A stretch of DNA of 57,406 bases, filler included, from Squatina squatina (lineage: Eukaryota), in NCBI GenBank assembly GCA_031763465.1. It is 4 parts of 4 records of this genome, joined end to end, with 100 filler letters (N's around TTAATTAATTAA, not from the genome) between each part and the next. Parts side by side here need not be neighbours in the genome. Positions count along the whole stretch, not along the records: positions 44,491 to 57,406 come from JARFOE010000189.1; 3 more parts are not named here. The stretch is one strand, 5' to 3'. Made by a program: the position numbers and the translations under genes. The notes beneath the pieces were generated by a model. The model had not been told where the DNA came from. It made no database searches and worked only from the letters and a program-made list of their open reading frames with translations. Positions 48,986 to 57,406 of this stretch are shown here, in pieces. The first letter of the stretch is position 1, and every line of letters begins with the position of its first letter.

Positions 48986-49435
48986 GTATTTCTGAATGTG
49001 CAGAGCTCTACATTTCCACGATCTGGGGACAGTGCATATGAAGCATATCATTGAGGTATTGCCAGTACACAACACTCAAATTGTACCAGTGTAACACTGG
49101 TATTGGTTGTATAACTGCACCATTTATATCCAAACAAAAATAAATCAAACTCTGAACTCTGCACTAGGTCTGAACATTAGCTAACAGTTTGCTTGAAAGC
49201 TTGACTGCTTCATATGATTTGTTGCTCATTGTTTGATTATCTTATAAAATGGGAGAAAGCAGTCATTTTCGGAAAAGAATGTAAAGCTGAATCAGTAAAG
49301 GCTGATATTTGAATCTTTAGCTTCACTTTTTTTATTGAATGCTACTGCAACAGTTTTTTTTTAAATGACATTTATGTTTGCAGTGACATCTGGAGATGAA
49401 TCATCCAAATATAATTGAGCATATTTGTTCCACAG

Positions 49436-49597
49436 CTGGGAGAGTCCATTACAGAAATAGCCAGTAACATGATGCTAGTGGATGAACACATACTATGGAT
49501 GGCCCAGAATGAAGAGAAGGCTTGTACCCGAATCGTGCAATGTGTGGAATTCATTGCAAGCCTTGTGTTGACCAGCAATACACAGGGAATTTCAAAG
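49436..49597 (+). CDS. ADGRA-family adhesion GPCR exon, GAIN region (LGESITEIASNMMLVDEHILWMAQNEEKACTRIVQCVEFIASLVLTSNTQGISK)
   Basis: tttgttccacag| acceptor, AAG|gtatta donor, 162 nt, phase 0-0. Matches the ASNxMLxDExxLWxAQxExKACxRIV motif of ADGRA2/3. Confidence 0.9.
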
Positions 49598-49751
49598 GTA
49601 TTAATTTCAATGCTGCATTTTCTTAACTGATGAGTAAGAATGAAGTGGTCCNNNNNNNNNNNNNNNNNNNNNNNNNNNNNNNNNNNNNNNNNNNNNNNNN
49701 NNNNNNNNNNNNNNNNNNNNNNNNNNNNNNNNNNNNNNNNNNNNNNNNNNN

Positions 49752-49876
49752 TTTTATATTTCATGCCTTTCACGTCTCAGGACGTCCCAAAGCGCTTTCC
49801 AGCCAATGAAGTACTTTTTGAAGTGCAGTCACTGTTGTAATGTGGGAAACACAGCAGCCAATTTGCCCACAGCAAG
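49752..49876 (-). mobile_element. Deu-SINE 3' tail fragment
   Basis: gcctttcacg...gtcccaaagcgcttt.cagccaatgaagtacttttgaagtg.agtcactgttgtaatg. Confidence 0.7.
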
Positions 49877-52800
49877 GAAGAATACTGTGATCCTTCATTC
49901 TGAGAGTGGCATACGTTTATTATGACCAACAGGACATATCCGTCTGTGTGATGAAAATGCGACGTTATCCGGGTCTTGCTACTGATCCTTCAGATTGCAC
50001 AGATTTCAGATGACTCTGACATGCCCTCATCTTTTTTGAATTGGTATCCTTCGGTATGTTCCTTAGTCCTTTTTTGATGTGGAAGGTTTTTTTTTTGCAC
50101 TATTTCCAGATCATTCTGGTCACTAGAACAAGGCAGTTCTGCACCCATCACAACGTAGTTATGATCTCTGTAGCTGTCATTCAACTGGTTTGTGGAGTAT
50201 CTTCAGCACCTACATCCACTCTGTCTCCACCAAAGACATATCCATAGATTGGTCATCAGTGCTGACAGTGAGGGCAACTTTCTTGACTCAGTTCTTAATG
50301 CTTGATTCAGAAACGTTTTATAAGGTGCAAGAAATCCAGGCATGAAAGCACTTTTATGATTGCTGTTGATGTGACTCTCCTGCAGTTGTCACCATTTATT
50401 TTAGCTGCAATTTTTTTCTCAGAAGAGCCATTTTGCAAGAATTTTAAAGATCTTGAGCAGGCGGTTGATAGCTCAGATGTGTTGGGGAAACAGTGCCTAT
50501 CCATATTTAATGTCATGGTTGTTATCTTTATCTGCAAGAAGTGCTGTTTCTGTCCCAATTTGTTTGTAAAATGTGAGTAGCAACCTGTAGTTTCCATCTG
50601 TATTATAGCACACCTATATAGACGTTGTTCAATAAATCGGCCAATCAAAATTTTAGGCAGGATAATTTTAGTTCATAAATCTACACCTTTTATGTCCACA
50701 TCACTTTTCATTGTGCTTTTTGTGCTCTAAATTGTGTCTCTTTTTCTGTTGTGAAATCCATTCATTTTTTTGTCTGGGGTAAAAGCCACAGAAGCTGTCA
50801 CAAGCACTTGTAACTTTTCAGTTATATCAACCTATTACTGCCAGAGTACAGAATAACTCATAAATTGCAACCAAATTTAAAACCTCATGTACACTGGCTT
50901 TAAATAGAGCTTGTGCTTTCCTAATCTTTCCTCAGAACTCAACTCCCTTATACTTGGGATCAAGTCTTGTTGCTCTCTCAGTTACACAGAATTTAACATT
51001 GTACTCCAGTGTGCTCTGACTAGCACCTCATCTTCATTGGCATTGATATTTATTTCACTATTCTGGATTTATATTCCAGCATTCCATTAACTTTTCTAAA
51101 TGCTCCGACACACAGGGGCCTTTTTTTAAGTGTCTCTACCCGATGTGACTCGAGCGGTAGCGGCCTGCAAATGGTCCCAGGTCACTTAGCACCCCGCCAG
51201 CTTGGGAAGCGTCCTGAGGAAGGCGGCCGCAGCACCTGCCTGTTTCAAGTGGGAGGCCATATGTAATATGAACAACGGGGTCCAATGTCATGCGCGCTCT
51301 GCCTATTTTCTACTGGCCTTGAGTGGACTAACCAGCGGTCCTTAAAGGGAAACCTGGAGGCTACTCAAAAAAAGGCCATAGATGTTTTTAAATTTTACTT
51401 TTGTGGGGCCAGAGGAGCACTGGTTAGGCTGCCCTATGCCAGGGACCAATTGGTGGGACATGCATGGTAACCAAACACCACTGCTCCCACCCGCAATTAG
51501 TAAAGAAAGATCGTGTTGGGGTCATACACTGGGCATAGCACCCCGATTTAAATATGGGCGGAAATTGGGCAGGACGAATTGGTTTCCAATTTTCATTTTC
51601 CTACTGTTCCACTTTGCTACATGATTGCTATGGGATTGTTGAGAAATTGCTGGCTTTAACTGAGAATTCTGAAGTTATATTTCAAGTTTAACGTGGAGCA
51701 TCGAAAAGCCTTTGCAACAGCAATATTGTGGTTATGGTTATTTTGTAGACCTCACCTGAAACGAAGGCAAGATTTAGACCAACTGAATGCTGCTTTTCTA
51801 CTGTATGTGAAGTACAAGGCCTGTTNNNNNNNNNNNNNNNNNNNNNNNNNNNNNNNNNNNNNNNNNNNNNNNNNNNNNNNNNNNNNNNNNNNNNNNNNNN
51901 NNNNNNNNNNNNNNNNNNNNNNNNNTCCAGAGGTTTCTGGACAGATTGCAAATGCCGGTTATGCGGGCTTACGACGTACAGCCCCATAACCGGCTTTTGC
52001 GATGTCTCCCCGGGTGCGAGGGAACATTGTAATTTCAGGGCCATTATGAATCAGGGAGGAAGAGAAAGTAAGCAGAGCTGCTGAGGAACTGAAGAAGAAT
52101 TTTTTTTTTTAAATGGGGGAGAAAATAAGACTGCGAGGGACACTGAAATCATGTGGGAAAAAGAGTAGCCAATAATGGAGAATATCTTGAACAGTAGAGC
52201 CATGCATAAACGAGGCATGACTCCGAACAGCTGGAAGTTGAAGCAGAACCAATATTTGGTTATATGTAGCCTCCGCTAGCAGTGTAGGTGGCACAGCATT
52301 TTTAATCAGTTCTAGCATGTGAACGAACAGCTGATCTGCCACCAAGATTACTCCTGCTGCCATTGGGGTGAGCATGCACAATATTCTGATATAGCCTTGC
52401 CATTTCCATTGGCGCAGAATTAAACAAACTGTTATCGCCCTGGAGTGAGTATGTTTTTGCAGAATGGAAAGTTCTGCAGTTTTACCTGGGGATGGGGTGG
52501 CGGTGGGGCGGGGTGGTGGGGTGAGCGGAAGAAAATAGACAGAACTCCGCTCAGCCTGATAAATCTGATCACATTTCCATTAAGTCAGACTTCTGGCCAA
52601 AGTTTGTGTTCATCCTTACATTGTAATCATCATGTGAAATTAAGCTGAAACTATCAAAGTGGTGATGAAACAAATGGAAAAGCTGGCTCAATAATAAACT
52701 TTCCAAACTCCAGTGGTTGTGAAAATTACATTTGTGAACTGAAGGCATTCATGCTTCATTTTCACAATGTTTTCCTTGCTATTGCATTGTGGTACAGTTT

Positions 52801-53194
52801 CATGCCGATGACATTTGTACGTCAGAGAATCCTATTTTTGCAGGGTAGCGTTAAACTATTCGAAGACTGCAAATGGATGAACCAGGCAGTCAAAATGTAA
52901 ATAAAAATGAAAGGATTGGTAATATTTTGATAATGAAAACATGAAGGGGGTGAAATTCGATAGCGTCTTCGTAAAGGCGTTGCAAAATTCTTTTAGCACT
53001 GTAATCGCACCTGATTGCGGAGGCGCTATAATGTTGCAAAATTAGTTTCAAAAAAAAGTTTTTTGGAGAGGCACGTTCTGGAGGTGCTAAATCGGCGCGA
53101 AGTCCAGAGGCGAGCTGCTGCCTGCAGAGGCGAGGCGCGCACAAAACAGCCCANNNNNNNNNNCCCTCCCCACAAGCAAACCATCATAATCACG

Positions 53195-53405
53195 TTTACC
53201 CTTCCTATTCCCATATCCCTTCATGCTAGTTTCCTTCATCCAATCTAATCTTGAAAGTTGACACCATCATATCTGCCTCCGCCACTAACCCTGGAAGTGA
53301 ATTCCACAGCTTCACATCTCTCTGTGAAGAGGTTTCTCCTGCCCTCTGTTCCAAATCTCTTGCATTTAATCTTGTATATATGGCCCGTCGTTTCTAGACC
53401 CTGCA
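53195..53405 (-). mobile_element. CR1 LINE 3' region fragment
   Basis: TTGHIYKIKCKRFGTEGRRNLFTER peptide. Confidence 0.8.
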
Positions 53406-54647
53406 NNNNNNNNNNNNNNNNNNNNNNNNNNNNNNNNNNNNNNNNNNNNNNNNNNNNNNNNNNNNNNNNNNNNNNNNNNNNNNNNNNNNNNNNNNNNNNN
53501 NNNNNCATTCCACAGACCTGTCCCCGATGGAAATGGTCACATGAAGGTCTACTCCATTATTCTTCAACTGATACAGCAGATTGAACATTGTTGTCATGAC
53601 AGAAATTCTATAGAGGCAACCCGTGATCTGATGTAAAAGGAAAGGATGGATAGATGTGAGTCACTTTGAATTATGTCACAAAGTGTGCAGATCCCCATCT
53701 CACTGCACTCTAACAAAGAAAATAAATAGCTGAAAACTGTGGTTGTATTTACCCAGATGCTGCCAAAACCAATGTTGCCGATGGTTTTCAAAGCTTAACT
53801 TTCAATAAAACAGGATAAATGTTGATTTTTATTGAAGGCTTATGTTATTAATGTGAAAGTTGACAATCACTTGACATGTATGAAAGTTATAGTTATACGA
53901 GACAAATCAGAATTATTAATGACTGGTACTGGATATGTATATTTTTCTATTAAAAGTACAATTTTGTACTTGAGATCATTGACATTTGCTCATGTAATGC
54001 CCCATGGCTTGATAGCTTCATACGATAATGAAGAATCAAATTGGGATAATATTTGCCAGTCCCACTCAGGGACCATGTAGTAAAATTTGGCTTGTGCAGT
54101 GACACAAAATGGGTGATAGTGAATCGGCAGCTCATTTCACACCGCCCAATTTTCTTTTCTATCAATTCGCTGTTGCCCATTTTGTGCTACTGCCCGTGAC
54201 NNNNNNNNNNNNNNNNNNNNNNNNNNNNNNNNNNNNNNNNNNNNNNNNNNNNNNNNNNNNNNNNNNNNNNNNNNNNNNNNNNNNNNNNNNNNNNNNNNNN
54301 NNNNNNNNNNNNNNNNNNNNNNNNNNNNNNNNNNNNNNNNNNNNNNNNNNNNNNNNNNNNNNNNNNNNNNNNNNNNNNNNNNNNNNNNNNNNNNNNNNNN
54401 NNNNNNNNNNNNNNNNNNNNNNNNNNNNNNNNNNNNNNNNNNNNNNNNNNNNNNNNNNNNNNNNNNNNNNNNNNNNNNNNNNNNNNNNNNNNNNNNNNNN
54501 NNNNNNNNNNNNNNNNNNNNNNNNNNNNNNNNNNNNNNNNNNNNNNNNNNNNNNNNNNNNNNNNNNNNNNNNNNNNNNNNNNNNNNNNNNNNNNNNNNNN
54601 NNNNNNNNNNNNNNNNNNNNNNNNNNNNNNNNNNNNNNNNNNNNNNG

Positions 54648-56391
54648 TATATACTATATAATAACAGACTGCTCGTTACTGGGTATAACGCTCCTGTATA
54701 TATTATATAATAACACACTGCTCATTACTGGGTATAACGCTCCTATATATATTATATAATAACACACCGAGTTTTACTGGGTATTACGCTCCTGTATATA
54801 TTACATAATAACACACTGCTCGTTACTGGGTATAACGCTCCTGTATATAGTATATAATAACACCCTGTGCGTTACTGGGTATAACACTCTGGATATATTA
54901 TATAATAACACACCGTGCGTTACTGGGTATAACGCTCCTGTATATATTATATAATAACACACTGAGTGTTACTGGGTATAACGCTCCTGTATATATTATA
55001 TAATAACACACTGTGCGTTACTGGGTATAACGCTCCTGTATATATTATATAATAACACACCGCGCGTTACCGGGCATGACGCTCCTGTATATATTATATA
55101 ATAACACTGTGCTTTTCCGGCTATAACGCACCTGTATATTTATATAACAACACACCGTGTGCTACTGGGTGTAAGACTCTGTATATATTATATAATAACA
55201 CACCGTGTGTTACCGGGTATAACGCTCGTGTATATATTATAAAATAATCCGCCATGCATTAATGGGTATAACACTCTTGTACATATTATAGAATAAAACA
55301 CCATGCATTACCGTGTATAACGCTCCAGTATATATTACATAATAACACACCTTGCGTTACTGGGTATAACGCTACTGTACATATTATGGAATAAAACACC
55401 GTCCATTACCGGTTATAAAGCTCCAGTATATATTATATAATAACACAACGTGTGTTACCGGGTATAACGGTCCTGTGTATATTATATAATAACACACCGT
55501 ACATTACTGGGTATAAAGCACCAGTATTTATTATATAATAACACAGCGTGTGTTACCGGGTATAATGCTCCAGTATATATTATATAATAACAAACCGTGC
55601 GTTACCGGGTATGACGCTCCTGTGTATATTATGTAATAACACACTGCGCGTTATCGGCTATAACACTCCTGTGTATATTATATAAGAACACACTGTGTTA
55701 CCGTGCATGATGCTCCTGTATATATTATATAATAACACACCATGTGTTACTGGGTATAACGCTCCTGTGTATATTATATAATAACACACCATGTGTTACT
55801 GGGTATAACACTCCTGTATATATTATATAATAACACACCTTGCGTCACTGGGTATAACACTCCTGTAAATATTATAGAATAACACACCGTGTGTTACTTG
55901 GTATAACGCTCCTGTATATATTATATAATAACACACCATGTGTTACTGGGTAAAACAATCCAGTATATATTATATAATAACACACCGTGTGTTACTGGGT
56001 ATAACGCTCCTGTATATATTATATAATAACACACCGTCTGTCACTGGGCATAACCCTCCTGCATATATTATATAATAACACACTGTCCGTCACTGGGTAT
56101 AACGCTCCTGTATATATTATATAACAACACAGCATGTGGTCCTGGGTATAACGCTCCTGTAAATATTATTTATTAACACACTGTGCGTCAGTGGGTATGA
56201 CGCTCCTGTAAATATTATAGAACACACCGTGTGTGACTGGGTATAACGCTCCTGTATATATTATATAATAACACACCGTGCGTCACCGGGTATAACACTC
56301 CTGTACATATTATATAATAACACACCGTGTGTTACTGGGTATAACACTCCTGTATATGTTAAATAATAACACACAGTGAGTCACTGTGTAT
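54648..56391. repeat. 49-bp AT-rich tandem satellite, ~35 visible copies (gctcctgtatatattatataataacacaccgtgtgttactgggtataac)
   Basis: 49-nt period (catgtgttac at 55741 and 55790). The array adjoins a sized gap, so it may be longer. Confidence 0.97.
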
Positions 56392-57406
56392 ACTGGCAGT
56401 GATGTCACTGCCATTCTAACCAGTATTTTTCATTTAACGTGATCTTAGAGACCCCAAATAACAGCAGATCCTTGATTACATTGACAAGATGATAGTTGGG
56501 GATATATTTCACTTTTAATGATTGTAATTATATTACAAAAAGTTATTTTAAATCCATCAAAGAATCTCTTTTAAATATAACAACCTGCCTCTGCTACAAA
56601 CTGATTATTTTGAACTTATTCTCACCTTATTCAGTTGCAGCACTTGCTTTAAACTAAACTGTACTTAACATTTTATTACAATGGGTTGTGAGGTCTAAAG
56701 AAGTGCAATTTTTGACATGACATATTATTAATGACCTGTAATAGTACTTGACAGTAGAAGTGTACAGCGTGTCCAAAACAATATGACATAGATGCATGAT
56801 GAACGAATTACTAGATGCAGGATCAACAGATAGCAAACCAGGAAATAGGAATCCACATTTATGCTTCTGTTACATTATTACATTTCCTTTCATTCTTTTG
56901 TTATAACTGTGATATAAACTTAACATTTATGTAAAGCAGAATGTATTAAAAGCAAAGGAAAACAACAATTACTATTTTCTAAAAAGCTATTGAATTATAA
57001 ATTGTGCATTTAAACCATTTGTTTTGCATCATGGTTCTATGCAGCTGCATAATGAGGATTATTCTCTTACCTCAAGATGTGCTAGATTTTTCTGGCTGAA
57101 TGGTGTATTGGAAATGGCCTGCACAAATTCAAATTGATACTGTATATAGGAGGCAGCTGGTTGTCATGGGAGCAGTACTGCAGATTCTAATTCCTGCTTC
57201 TGAGTAACGCTAACAAAAAAAAATGTTGCTGAAGACCTTATGGGTGAACAAACACTGTCTGCTTACATTCTCGATGTCGATCTTTTGAAAAAGAACAATT
57301 AAGCTGGACACAAAATAACAAATGAAACTATACACGACATGAATTTAAACAATAAAACCCAGTGCTCAGATTAAAATCCCGTCGTCCCCGGTGAGGATGC
57401 ACTCCA

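Noticed and set aside
54648-56391. CRISPR-like array with palindromic repeats
   Set aside because: Units are head to tail with no unique spacers, there are no cas genes, and the context is vertebrate.

Overview
Eukaryotic vertebrate genomic DNA, most likely from a cartilaginous fish (inferred from Deu-domain SINE, CR1, RTE, Penelope-type and Harbinger-type repeats). The assembly is heavily gapped. Three N44-TTAATTAATTAA-N44 linkers (17535, 30114, 44435) split the window into four probably unrelated scaffolds. Block 1 (1-17490) has two IGSF22 exons (Ig and FN3) and five exons of a VWCE-like EGF/VWC gene on +. Inside that gene's introns lie an SLC25A53-like fragment, a decayed Harbinger Myb/SANT ORF and two phase-compatible minus-strand exon pairs of unrecognised genes. 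Block 2 (17591-30069) is mostly repeats, with a clean 213-nt minus-strand exon of unknown identity, a Penelope-type repeat with a hammerhead ribozyme core and foldback elements. Block 3 (30170-44390) holds the CD34 terminal exon (...ADTEL*) on -, the 5' end of an RTE LINE and a LINE fragment joined to a tRNA-like head. Block 4 (44491-57406) has two exons of an ADGRA-family adhesion GPCR and a ~1.7 kb array of 49-bp repeats. No CRISPR arrays, rRNA or functional tRNA genes are supported. Gene identifications rest on remembered similarity to known proteins, not on database searches.
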